Below are positions 38,611 to 50,405 of a DNA stretch of 64,000 bases, in pieces (the first letter of the stretch is position 1; every line of letters starts with the position of its first letter). The stretch is taken from NCBI GenBank assembly GCA_950097015.1, contig CATNEN010000026.1, positions 496,001-560,000 of the forward strand, given 5' to 3'. The position numbers were made by a program, and so were the translations under genes. Source of the DNA: Macrostomum hystrix. Lineage: Eukaryota > Animalia > Platyhelminthes. The notes under the pieces were generated by a model, which ran no database searches, was not told the origin of the DNA, and was given only the letters and a program-made list of their open reading frames with translations.

Positions 38611-38893
38611 TGATAATGATAGAATATATATAATAAAAACACGAGTTGAAGAGGATTAGCTAACAATACTTCATTGCCACCTGACAGGTTGCTGTTATGA
38701 GCACGCCTGCTTAAACCAATATGAAAATGAAAACCACTTACGACAAACAGCAGTTTCTTGGAAATGTTTTCCTTTATGAGAGGCACAAATATTTTTACTC
38801 CTAATGGGCAGCCACAATAATAATAAAGGGTAATTAATAACAAGAGACTTATTGACAATAACCGCTTGGCATCCGCTTCACAATGGCGCAGTT

Positions 38894-41800
38894 TCAGTTG
38901 ACATTGGCCCTCTCAGATTCCAATCTGGCCCGCTTCCTCTGCAGCCGATACCGCTTGTCCAGCTCCGATAGGCCCTGCTTTTCAAGGCGCCAAGCCTCAC
39001 GCACCCTGGCGATGGCCTCGGATAGAAGGCGCACCCGAGTACCGTGGTCATGAGAGTCCAAGTCTGGCGGCATGAAGCTGCCGTATTTGCTCACGAACGG
39101 CTGATCGGCGGGTCGGGTGTACTTTGGCCTATCCGCCTGGCGACGACCCGGCGTTGGGTAGGCAGCGGCGGCAGCAGCTGGCGTTGTCGGCGTAGCCAAG
39201 GCAACGGCAGCCGGGGCGACAACGGGCGTGGCTGCGGAGCAGGCGCTTCGTCGGGCGCGTCGCTTTACTCCGGCGGCTGATGTCGGAGTCGCAGACGCCC
39301 GACCGACACTGGTTACGCCAGTGTTGGCGGTTGCTGTGACAACTGCCGACGTTGAGTCCTCCTCGCCGTCGCCCTCGTCATCATCATCGTCGTCATCGTC
39401 ATTCTGCTGTTGCTCCTCCACTTTGATTTGCTCGCCGTTGACGTCTGAATTGGATTGGACGGCCGATTGGCGCTGACGCTGCTGCGTCGAAGTGGACATT
39501 GGCGAGGACGGCGTCGGCGAAGGCGACACAATCGTCGCCGGCGGCTCTTTTTTGATTCGCCTACGTCGTTTCGGCTTTCGTTCGACTGCGGCTGCGACTC
39601 GATTTTCTTCATCTTCGTCAACGTCGCCATCTCCTTCTCCATCGTCCTCTTCGACTTCATCCTCGACGTCGCCGTCGCCGTCAGCATCGTCAATTTGAGA
39701 GCAGGAGCGGCTGCGGGGTCGCCTATCGTCGACACTGCTGACGGCTATGGAGCTCTTGCCACCGTCGCTGCTGTCAACGTCGGCTCCAGCGGTAGCTTCT
39801 GCCGGTGAGGCGGCAGGATGAGTCGGCGAGACAACGGCGCCTTCCTCGATGTCCTCCTCTTCCATAACGGCGGCTGAAGTTTTTCCACTCTGCCAATCGT
39901 CATCGGCGTCGCCTGCATTCGACGCCTGACGCTGCGGCGACGATGGAATGTCTAGGGCGCCGAATGAGCTGTCCTGCACTGCGCCAGTGTTCGAGGCGCT
40001 TGAGGCTGCAGGCGTTGCTGTAGCCGCTGCTGTGGCTATCGCCGTTGCTGGCGTAGCCGATTTCCGGCCGCCGTCAGTCGATGCGCCGCTTGTTGGAGAC
40101 GAATTAGGATTATTGTCCTGCTGAACAAACGAGCACTGCGACACCTGCGATCCGTAGTGGAACAGGTTGTGGACATAATTAGCACAAAATAAACATTGAT
40201 CAGCAATATAGGAAACAAATGGCACAAACCTTTCGCCTTCTGGCCCGCTGGACATCGGCCTGCACTGGGCTGGGGCTGCTCAGCGATTCGCTCTCAGATC
40301 GAAGCCGCTGCTTTGAAATCGACGACTTCGCCGTAGACGACGTCGGCTTCGACTTTGACGCCGACGACGTGGACGGTGAAGGCGATGCCGGCGGCGGTAG
40401 CGGCGGCGGCGGAGGCGGCGGCGGCAGCAGTGGCTGGCCGTGATTGAGCCGGCCGGCTGTGTAGCCACGTTGGCAGCGGCCCAGAATGCGGTCGGCCGTG
40501 ATCACCTCGTCGTAGCGTTGGTTCCAACCGAAGTAGTGCACGTGGTAGCAGGTCCGACCATCGGAGCGTCGAGACTTCTTCACAATGCGCCCGTCGTACA
40601 CTTTGTAGCAACTTGGATCGCCGTAGCGTACTCGCACTTTGTCATTCACCTTGTAGGCCTGGCCGTCGCCTTCGTTATCATCGTCCTGGACATCTTCGTC
40701 CATATTGGCCTCATTGTCGACGTCGTCAACATCGTCATCATCGTCAACGGCCTCAGCTTCAGTGGCGATGCTGTTGACTTCGCCGATTGCAGCTGCAGAG
40801 TCGGCTTCTTTTGAATTGTCAACGTTTGTTGACGCATTGCAAGGGGCCGTTTCTACGCGATCAAACAAACTGCTGTATCTGGGAAATGAAGTGAGGTGGG
40901 ACATTCAAGGCTTACAGCGAGAGCAACAATGGGAGATTATTCATATGGTACAAGAGGTAAACAATAAGCAAAATCACGAGTGGCGTAAGCTTAATATTAG
41001 TGTTGATTAGAATGAAACACCCAAGGACCAATAGAACAAGGACAAGACACTTCGTTTCTTGAAAAAAATTATGAAAGGCAGATTTTCACGCAAAAATGCA
41101 ATAGCGAGATGGGAAATTTTCATGTTTTTCACATAAAAAGTTGATAACTATTTATTGGAAGCAGATCCAATGCAAATCTACAGGCCTACCTGAATGATTG
41201 ATCTTCATTTTCTTTTTGTTCATTTATCATGAAGACTGAAGCTGTTAAATGGGTGCTGGGGTAATTGCGGGTAGGTGTGCAGTCCCCTTACAACTACGGA
41301 TGTTGTGGAATGCACATTATTATCATTATTAGGCAGCAAGCTAAATACCTGGACAGACATGGCGGAGCTTGCTCCTCGCCGACTGTTGAAGTTGACGCAG
41401 TGTCGCCGGCAACAGCTCCAGCGGTGGCCGCCGTAGTAGAAGCTGCCGAACAGCTGGAAGCGGCGTCCTTATCTCTATCCTTGGCTTTGTCCTTATCTTT
41501 AATCTTGCCAGTTGTCGGTCCTGGCACGCGCGGCCGCTTGCCAGTTGCCAGGCCGGACTGGCATTTCTCCCGTGCCGATAGGAAATTGCGCGTCTGCGAC
41601 TGGCCGGCGGATCCGGCAGGCGTACTGGAGGAGCCGGCGACGTCAACAGTAGCCGACGCTGAAGACGCCATTGAAGATTGGCCGCCGCGCAACCGACCGC
41701 CAGTGATGATGCCGGTATTAAAGGAGGTGCCAAGCTTCTTATCGAAGTCTTCAAACGGCAGCAGGTAGCGCTGATAGGCGGACTTCAGTTTAGTGGTGGA

Positions 41801-44128
41801 ACTGGTGGCGGGTAGGCCTAGCTTGCTGTGCACAATGCGCCATTTCAATTGGCTGGTGACTCGATTGTAGCCGCCGAACTTTTTTACCAGATGATAGAGG
41901 CGAAACAGGTTCAGGTCTTTGTTACCAATGGCTGGCGTTTTGCCAATAGGCGTGCTGCGATCGTCCATGAAGCTGTACAGCTGGGCAATCCAGTGATCCT
42001 GAGCCTCCTGTTCCACCGGATCCTCCACGCTGCTTTCGTCGGATTCTTCGCCGGACGAGTCGGAAGATTCGCCTACTAACTCGGAGCGCGACCAACTGTA
42101 GGGCAGCTCGCGTGTCTCCAGCTGGATGGCCGTTCGGGGATGAACGAATCGGGGGATAATTGTAAATGAAGGTGCTTCGTTTCAGGACGATGAAAGTAGT
42201 ATTAAGGCCATAATGGAAGCACTGAAGGTTGCGATGGAAGCACTGAAGGTTGCGATGGAAGCACTGAAGGTTGCGATGGAAGCACTGAAGTTCATTAAGG
42301 TTGTGATGGAAGCACTGAAGTTCATTAAGGTTGTGATGGAAGCACTGAAGTTCATTAAGGTTGTGATGGAAGCACTGAAGTTCATTAAGGTTGTGATGGA
42401 AGCACTGAAGTTCATTAAGGTTGTGATGGAAGCACTGAAGTTCATTAAGGTTGTGATGGAAGCACTGAAGTTCATTAAGGTTGTGATGGAAGCACTGAAG
42501 TTCATTAAGGTTGTGATGGAAGCACTGAAGTTCATTAAGGTTGTGATGGAAGCACTGAAGTTCATTAAGGTTGTGATGGAAGCACTGAAGTTCATTAAGG
42601 TTGTGATGGAAGCACTGAAGTTCATTAAGGTTGTGATGGAAGCACTGAAGTTCATTAAGGTTGTGATGGAAGCACTGAAGTTCATTAAGGTTGTGATGGA
42701 AGCACTGAAGTTCATTAAGGTTGTGATGGAAGCACTGAAGTTCATTAAGGTTGTGATGGAAGCACTGAAGTTCATTAAGGTTGTGATGGAAGCACTGAAG
42801 TTCATTAAGGTTGTGATGGAAGCACTGAAGTTCATTAAGGTTGTGATGGAAGCACTGAAGTTCATTAAGGTTGTGATGGAAGCACTGAAGTTCATTAAGG
42901 TTGTGATGGAAGCACTGAAGTTCATTAAGGTTGTGATGGAAGCACTGAAGTTCATTAAGGTTGTGATGGAAGCACTGAAGTTCATTAAGGTTGTGATGGA
43001 AGCACTAATAAAAGAGGAAAATAATAATCTGCGAGGGGGAGCAAACCTCCCCCCAGCCAAACTTACCCACTGAAGCGCCTTCTCGTAGGCCGCTTTCAAA
43101 GCTTTGTCATCAGATTTAAAAGCGCGCTCCTTCTTGAAAGGGCTTAGCTCCTTCTTGACGGCTAAGGTGAATCGATTGTCGCGAAAACTGCGCACGAGAA
43201 GCGACTTCCGGCCAGCTGGCAGATCCGGATTGGCCGATGGCAGACAGATGAGCACAGGACAGGGCCGGCGCTGCTCACCTTGAGTAGCCATCATCACCTG
43301 GCCCACTAGACTGCTGCTGGCAGGTGGGCGGCCAACACCAGCTCGACCAATTGGCGTAGTTGCCAAGGCTGGAGACGCGGGCAAAGCCGCGGCGGCAGCG
43401 GCAGCGGCAGATTTTCTTGTCCTCGGCGGCGGTGAAGCGGCTTCGCCTTTGTCTTCGGCAGAAGCGCTATCATCATCTTCTTCGTTCTCATCTTCGTCCT
43501 CATTGTCGTCGTCGTCGTCTTCTTCGGCGTCGTCGTCTTGGTCGGAGTTGCCGCCGTTGCTTTTTGAGGCATTGCGAGCGGCGCTGCGACTGCCGACAAC
43601 GCGGCGTTTTCTCTTCTTAGCTTTGATCTTGGCACCAACCGGGGTTCCGAAATGCTCCGGGTGAGTCAGCGGCAATCGGTCCAAGGATTCGCTCTCTTGA
43701 AAATGTCGAGCGCCTTTCAGCACTAATTGGGTGCGCTTCAGAGTGCGCTGATCTCCGTCGTTAAATACCACTGTATAGGTGCTCTGGTCTAAAACTTTCT
43801 GCACTTCCGCATTTACTGGCTCCGCGTTGTCTTTTAAACGAACTGAGACTGCGCAGCCGACTCGCACTATGCCGCTGACAATCTGGCTTAGGCTAACTAG
43901 GGCGCTAGTCAGGGTGGACTTCATATACACCTGAATTGTTTGCGAGTTCACAGCTTTGAAATTCTAGGAAATTAGAATTTGAGACACTTAAATAAAAGCG
44001 ATTTGTTTTTGCCTTACCTTGCATTGAACTTTGGTTTCATCGATCCGTTTCACTTTGGCCTCACAGAATGCACCCCGATATTTAGCACTGACTTCAGTTC
44101 CTACCACAAGGTAGGGTACTTCATCCAT
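38894..44128 (-). CDS. ARID4: ARID4/RBBP1-like chromatin protein (Tudor, RBB1NT, ARID, chromobarrel, C-terminal coiled coil), 5 coding exons, about 1207 aa
   Basis: Exons 44128-44018, 43930-43067, 42121-41349, 40878-40230 and about 40120-38894 are phase-consistent. The N-terminus [26 protein letters not shown] and [16 protein letters not shown] match ARID4. The ARID domain reads [20 protein letters not shown]...LNLFRLY...YQRYLLPFE, and the chromobarrel reads [14 protein letters not shown]. Confidence 0.92.
42205..43006. repeat. Minisatellite in ARID4 intron 2: 24 identical 30-bp units ATGGAAGCACTGAAGTTCATTAAGGTTGTG plus three 21-bp shortened units
   Basis: Consecutive 60-bp lines are identical. 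The copy number agrees with ORF 42213..43073. Confidence 0.99.
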
Positions 44129-45485
44129 GTCTGAAATTTTTTCAGATAGCCAATCAAAAAATACAGATTATTCATTTGTCACTTGAAAAAATATAACTTA
44201 TTGTATTAGGACTATAAAAATTAAAAACATTTACAACTAGATGTGTTGAAATGGTGTATGGATAGTATACATGTATACATACAGAACTTTATAAGTTAAA
44301 TGAAACGGATTTTGAAGATTTCACACATATACATATACACATATAGTTACTAAACTTACTGCCATTGAATCAAGACAAACAGAAACACAATTATACAAAT
44401 GTAAAGTTGATAAAAGCTTAGTACTATTAGCATGCATACAACTATAGCTAGATAAATGCATAACTTTTTTTAATCTGCCAATCTCGGAAAAGCAGTTTAG
44501 GCACTGTCGTAAGTTTCATCATTATTATTCAATTCAAAAAGTGCTCTCAGGATTCTGAGATATGGCCAGATATCAATTAGGATCTAAATAATGTGCTATT
44601 TTCATTTTTATCTAAAAAGTCTAAAAAAGTAGGTATGAAAGCGGCTTTTTGTGACTAAACTGCTTCTGTGACTGTCAAAAATGTGTGACAAGGAAAATTT
44701 ATTTACTAGTTTTTGTGGCAGAATACATTTTTATATATATTGAACTACTATATAAACACATTTTCTTGAAATATTCATTGTTATGATTATGGCTTACTTT
44801 TATTTGCATCTAAAAACAAAATACTAAAATAATCTCATTTGAAATTTAAGAAACAAACTGTGAACATTGGCATTTTTATGTTGGCTAAAAAACCCTCAAA
44901 TTTCATCAAATCTTGGATCATACTGTCCATCATCAGATGGCACTTAAAACTGTGTTCATACTAGCAGTTATATATTCCTATATGAACAATATTAAGCTAA
45001 TAGACACCAATAAGAAAAGTGAACAGTCTGCAACTATAGTAGTTAACATAATGTTCTATAATAAGATTCTTTTTAGCAGACCAAGAACTCCCTATAAGAA
45101 TAGATAGGACAAAAAATTAATTGTTTGCAGGAAAGCTGTGCACTTAATTTGGTGACACTAGACCTACAGAGAGTGAGGAGACAATTCTGCACATTTTGCC
45201 TAAGCACACACATATGTGCACCAGACATCTGCCCTTACTTTCTCATTGTTAGGCAGTGTATAATTCACTGTGCTTCAGAGGAAATATAGCATAAACTAAA
45301 CAAGCCTGCAAGCAGCAAGCCTTCCCTCTACAGACAATATATGTGCCTCAAATTAACATGGCCTTGCTGCAAAATCAGCTCAGGGACCTTGGTAGGAGAT
45401 GCAAAGGCTTCTGCATACTTTGTCATATGCTTTTTTGTCACCTGAATGAAAAAGTGTCTAGGGTCTTAAGATGGTAGATAACATG

Positions 45486-45840
45486 GATCCTAGACACTTC
45501 GTCATCTTACAACTTTGTCATCTTACAACTTTGTCATCCACTTGGAAGGTAAGGACACTTCGTCATCCAGCCAATTGGCATGTTTTAAAGTTTGGTCAGT
45601 TTGTCATCTACTATTAACAAGCAATCAAGTTCGTCATCAATAAAGTGAGGATGGGGTGGTGAAGCAGAGGTGTGAACACACTTCACACTCTAAATTGTCA
45701 AAAAGAGGCGTCAAAACTGATTGTTTTATAGATGATGAAGTGTCCACAAGTCCAAGTCTCTTTATCATGCACCCTCTGAGATATTGGACAGATCGTCATC
45801 TGGATGACGAAATTGTAAGATGACAAAGTGTCCAGGTACC
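45486..45840. mobile_element. MITE-like non-autonomous DNA element
   Basis: Imperfect terminal inverted repeats of about 38 bp: GGATCCTAGACACTTCGTCATCTTACAACTTTGTCATC versus the reverse complement of GATGACGAAATTGTAAGATGACAAAGTGTCCAGGTACC. Internal copies of TTYGTCATC/GATGACRAA are present and there is no ORF. No clear TSD. A related degenerate end lies near 46135-46209. Confidence 0.6.
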
Positions 45841-46903
45841 AATGACATAGTGACCAAGACTTGTAGTCAGTTTGTCATCTCAATGATTTATGGCTGGGTG
45901 CATGTCAAACCAATGCCAGTAAGCCTATTGTTGTTTAATTGCAATATCTTTTAAAAACACAAATTTCTAATTTTGCAATTCAAGTTTTAAATTGACTAGG
46001 GCCTACCCCAATAATTAGTAGCATAGTAATTTTCATTGTTACTTACTTCACCACTTAGATTTTATTGATGTTTTTATTGATGTGTGATGAAATAACATTA
46101 TGTTAAATTAAATATTTGTAAATTGGCTGAATGACAAAGTGTCTGATCTGAAAATGATAACAAAGTTGTATTACAACAAAAAAGCTGATGATGAAGGGTC
46201 CAGAAACCAATGCAAACGCGTTAGACTACTTAGCTACTGACCTCCCAATATGTTGAAAACAAAAGTCACCGAATAGGGCCACTGAGATTCCCTTTTTGGC
46301 TTTTCTGTGTTTGGAATAGGAATGCTAGGCCTACTACAGTGCCAGTAGTACCACTGAATGCACAGTAAAAAATAACTATAAAGCGCAACATGGCTGAAAA
46401 CTATCGAAACTTTATAAAGGAAAAATTAAAAATATATATTATCATACAACCGCTGCCCTGACCTGACCCAGGAACCAAAGCCTATTGGTAGGTATAGCCT
46501 ATAGTGGTATACCAGCGCCAGATGGTTAGTTTTTAACAAACAAATGCTGGTGTGCACTTGTAAATACAATACTGTTAAGACTGAACAGGATCAAATATAT
46601 ACCTGCATAGACTAACTTTGCCACGACTACAAACGCCACTATTTTTTACTTCACAAAGGAAACAGCTTTTCTTAGAAAAATAAAGCTGTGGTAAATTTTA
46701 AAGAATCTACAATGTTTCATAATACTACAACAAAAATAATTAAGCTTAGGACAAAGTGAAAATCAGCAACGAAAAGTAATGGCCACTTAGAACTAAAAAT
46801 GTACGAAACCGGGCTTTATTAGTGAGAAGGTTCTCTGATACTTATGCGTTGGCCGTCCGTATACTAATTTACTCATGGAACATTTTTATTACGTGTTGGG
46901 CGT

Positions 46904-47162
46904 TGTGTTGGATTTTGGGTGGCTGCGGACCGACCCTCTGCTATGTGTAGCGTCGCCAGTGTACGCTTGGCGCTCCCCCTCTCAGTGTGCATGTTGGGGT
47001 GGGTGGTAATGTGCAAGGTTGGTGTTGCGTCAGAGAGCTGGAGAGTGTGAAGTGATTTAATAATAAATAAAGCAATCAATTAGCCACAGGGCACCTTAAC
47101 ACCTTTTTGTTATCATAGCTCTGCCTTCTCAAACCCTCAGAGTTCTGTATTATTCCTTTACA
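46904..47162 (+). repeat. 5' LTR
   Basis: TGTGTTGG...CTTTACA. Three substitutions versus the 3' LTR by eye. Contains AATAAA. Confidence 0.95.
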
Positions 47163-47174
47163 TGGCGCCCGAAC
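47163..47174 (+). other. Primer binding site TGGCGCCCGAAC (tRNA-Lys type)
   Basis: Directly follows the LTR and matches the first 12 nt of the known tRNA-Lys3 PBS TGGCGCCCGAACAGGGAC. Confidence 0.8.
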
Positions 47175-47246
47175 CAAAATTAGAGTAAACTCAAGGCAGT
47201 GAGCGCTAGAGTGCTACAGTGCCACATCGATTCTAATCAGATCAGC

Positions 47247-50200
47247 ATGGACTCCAAAAAGCGTGGAGTTTTGAGAGCGACGGTCACCAGATTGGCCCAG
47301 AAAGCCCAGGACCTGCTCAAGGCAGAGGCTGCTGAGGAAGACATCGACAGCGTACTGGAAGCCCTGCGCCTCAAGAAGCAACAGTTGCTTGCAGCGGATG
47401 AAGAGCTGTCCGCTGAAGTCGACGAGAAGACGCTACAAGAGGAAGTAGAGAAGACGATGGAGTACGAGCTGCTTGCCGGCAGGACGATTTCGAGTCTCGC
47501 CAAACGGCTACAGATCCTTCAGGCCGAGCGGACCAGCCGAATGCAGGCAATAGAGCAACAGCAGTCCAAGAAGACGACTCCTTCCACGCCACCACGAGAG
47601 AGTGCGGCTCTGGCGACTACACCAGCCATCAGGCTGCCGAAGCTGCCACCACCAGCATTCAGTGGAGATCGGACTCAGTGGACCGCATTCTGGGATCGCT
47701 TCAGCTCAAGCATCCACGACAACCCAGCTCTCAGCGTCGTTGACAAGTTTGGCTACCTACAATCGTGCCTCTCTGGAGAAGCCAAGAATTCGATCGCCGG
47801 TCTCAGCATCACGTCCGAGAACTACAAGATAGCCATCGATAATCTACAGCGGCGTTTTGGATCTCGGAGTGGCGCCGTGCGCGAGCATCTGGCTAAGTTC
47901 TCTACACTGACCTGCCCAAGTTCATCGGTGCAGCATCTAAGGAACTTCTACGACCAAGTCAATGGCAATGTTCGCAGTCTAGAAAATCTCGGGGTGAGTG
48001 TTTCGTCATACGAGACAATGTTGCTGCCTAACGTGCTGGCGAAGCTGCCGGAAGTTGTGCGCCTCGGGATGCTGAGAACCTCTAGGATGATTGCCGTCCG
48101 GAATTCCGCAGGTGACAGTGTGCCACAGATGACTGATGAGAATGGCTTGGGTTCGGTGAAGGAGTTTCTGCAGGTCTTGGACATGGAAATCCTAGTTAGA
48201 GAGGAGGCGGCTGTTGGAGCTGGAGCTCAAGTGGCAGGATCCATTAAGACCTCGACGAGCGACAGACAAGTCAAGGATGGATCTGTATCTGCTTTACAAA
48301 CTAAGGCTACGAAGGTCACCAGAGCGAGTAGTGCGTGCCCCTATTGCGATGCTGAACATGCTCCTGAGAAATGCACTCGACTGGTGGACGTGCCTACAAG
48401 ACTTCAGCTTTTGAAGGAGCAAAGGCGCTGCTTCAGTTGCCTTACCAAAGGGCACAGCACAAAAATGTGCTATCACAAGAAGCAGTGTGACTTCTGCCCG
48501 CTAAAGCATCATCCCAGCCTCTGCCCTGCGCGCGTGGAACGGCCAAAAGGACCGGAAGGAGAGAAGACGTCGAAGTCCACGAGCAGCAAAGCGGATGAAG
48601 TTCGGAAGAAGCCTGAGCAGTCGGTCACACAGGGTATCAAGAACCAGGAAGTGAAGACATTGGCGATGGTGGCAAAGGCTCAAACAGTGATTCTTCCGAC
48701 GGCGGGAGCTGTGCTGAAGTCAGCCTGTGGCAGCCGTGAGGCGCGGGTTCGAATCCTCTTCGACTCGGCCAGCAACCGATCGTTCATTCTAACCAGCTTG
48801 GCTGAGCGGATGGGTCTCGGTGTCATTTGCAAGGAGACGATGCAAGTGACTACATTTGGTGGGACAGAACCTAGAGTACTGCAGACTGAGAAGGTCGAGT
48901 TTCAACTTCGGAAGCTCGATGGCGGCGCCCAGTTTACCTTGCACGCCAATACAGTGCCCTACATCTGCTCTCATCAACCGGTTGTCAACAGCGTGCGCAT
49001 GGATCACTTCCGTCATCTCGATCTGGCCGACTGGGACATTGACAGTGAAGCAAACCCTGAGATCAACATCCTCGTCGGAGCTGATCAATTTTTCGACCTT
49101 GTCACAGGGCAGGTGGTTCGATCGGAGACCAGCACTGGTCTGGTTGCTGTTGCCAGTCAGCTTGGGTGGCTATTGTGTGGTCCAGTGTCTGCCGAAGTTG
49201 CTAGTGAAGAGACGAAGCAAGAGCAAGTTCTTCTCTGCTGTGCACACGGAAGTCAGAAGGGCCTGGACAGCTGCCACATGGAGAAGTTCTGGACGCTGGA
49301 AGGCATCGGTATCACTGGTGTTTCTGAGCTTGAGCAGCGGTCATTTGAGTTGAACACACAATTCCAGGATGGTCGTTACTCGGTTCAGCTGCCGTGGAAA
49401 GTTCCCAAGAGGGAATTAACCTTGCCGGACAACTTTGACGTGGCAGTCAAGAGACTGCAGAGTAATCTGACCAGGTTGCGTCGTGAACCTGCGCTGCTTC
49501 AGGAGTACCACCGCATTCTGATCGGCCAGAAGGAAGCTGGGATTGTGGAGGAGGCTCTAGACAGCACACGCCATCTCATCCACTACCTGCCTCACCAAGC
49601 AGTGATACGCCCAGAAGCAGAATCGACGAAGGTCAGGGTAGTATTCGATGCCAGCGCAAAGAAAGATAGCTGGAGTCCGTCGCTGAATGAGTGCCTGGAG
49701 ACTGGAGTGTCATCGCTGATCGAGATTCCGCGTCTTCTTCAGGCATTCCGGTTTCATCGGATCGCTCTGACTGCCGACATCGAGAAGGCATTTCTGCAGA
49801 TTCGCGTTGCCAATGACGACCGTGACTCACTGCGTTTCCTTTGGCCTCAAGATCCAAGTCGAGCTGATTCACCTCTCGTCGTTCTTCGTTACGCGGCGTT
49901 AGTGTTTGGACTCACCTGCTCACCTGCAATTCTGGAGGCTGTGATTCAACATCACTTGGCTTCTCACCGAGAACAAAACGCACGGTTCGTGGACAAAGTT
50001 TCCAAAGTCGACAACCTGATCTCTGGGTGTACCAGTGAAGAACAGGCCATAGATCTCATCCAGAAATCCCGTCACATCTTCAGCCTGGCCAACATGAACT
50101 TGCGTCATTGGCAGTCGAACAGCAAGGAGGTGTTGTCTACAGTTCGCGCTAGCACGATGGACACAGACGTTCTTGCTCCAGCAGCTTCGCTAGCAGCAAG

Positions 50201-50405
50201 CGAAAGAGTCACCGAAGACCCCTCCAGCTATTCATCGGCCTCTCTAGGCCCAGAGGGCGTGTTGTCAAAGATCGCAAAGGATTGCGATGGGAAACCGACT
50301 CGGACGTGTTTGTTTTGCAGTTCTCGCCACCAGACGAGTTGGTCAAAGCTACTCAGACAAAGCGTGTCATGCTGCAGCTTCTGGCGCGGGTCTATGACCC
50401 TCTAG
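47247..50405 (+). CDS. BEL/Pao Gag-protease-RT part of the polyprotein (runs out of frame after about 50275)
   Basis: First ATG at 47247. Gag reads LPKLPPPAFSGDRTQWTAFWDRF, followed by three Cys/His knuckles (CPYC..H..C, CFSCLTKGHSTKMC, CDFC..HHPSLC). Protease is ILFDSASNRSF. RT motifs are YLPHQAV, RVVFDAS, TADIEKAFLQI and FGLTCSPAIL. Confidence 0.9.
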   Translation: MDSKKRGVLRATVTRLAQKAQDLLKAEAAEEDIDSVLEALRLKKQQLLAADEELSAEVDEKTLQEEVEKTMEYELLAGRTISSLAKRLQILQAERTSRMQAIEQQQSKKTTPSTPPRESAALATTPAIRLPKLPPPAFSGDRTQWTAFWDRFSSSIHDNPALSVVDKFGYLQSCLSGEAKNSIAGLSITSENYKIAIDNLQRRFGSRSGAVREHLAKFSTLTCPSSSVQHLRNFYDQVNGNVRSLENLGVSVSSYETMLLPNVLAKLPEVVRLGMLRTSRMIAVRNSAGDSVPQMTDENGLGSVKEFLQVLDMEILVREEAAVGAGAQVAGSIKTSTSDRQVKDGSVSALQTKATKVTRASSACPYCDAEHAPEKCTRLVDVPTRLQLLKEQRRCFSCLTKGHSTKMCYHKKQCDFCPLKHHPSLCPARVERPKGPEGEKTSKSTSSKADEVRKKPEQSVTQGIKNQEVKTLAMVAKAQTVILPTAGAVLKSACGSREARVRILFDSASNRSFILTSLAERMGLGVICKETMQVTTFGGTEPRVLQTEKVEFQLRKLDGGAQFTLHANTVPYICSHQPVVNSVRMDHFRHLDLADWDIDSEANPEINILVGADQFFDLVTGQVVRSETSTGLVAVASQLGWLLCGPVSAEVASEETKQEQVLLCCAHGSQKGLDSCHMEKFWTLEGIGITGVSELEQRSFELNTQFQDGRYSVQLPWKVPKRELTLPDNFDVAVKRLQSNLTRLRREPALLQEYHRILIGQKEAGIVEEALDSTRHLIHYLPHQAVIRPEAESTKVRVVFDASAKKDSWSPSLNECLETGVSSLIEIPRLLQAFRFHRIALTADIEKAFLQIRVANDDRDSLRFLWPQDPSRADSPLVVLRYAALVFGLTCSPAILEAVIQHHLASHREQNARFVDKVSKVDNLISGCTSEEQAIDLIQKSRHIFSLANMNLRHWQSNSKEVLSTVRASTMDTDVLAPAASLAASERVTEDPSSYSSASLGPEGVLSKIAKDCDGKPTRTCLFCSSRHQTSWSKLLRQSVSCCSFWRGSMTL

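Noticed and set aside
39044-41768. Antisense and alternate-frame ORFs over ARID4 exons
   Set aside because: These are shadows of GC-rich, low-complexity coding sequence.
46180-46225. CTGATGA...GAAAC hammerhead-like motif
   Set aside because: Only a 2-bp stem II is possible, and the sequence is better explained as a degenerate end of the nearby MITE family.
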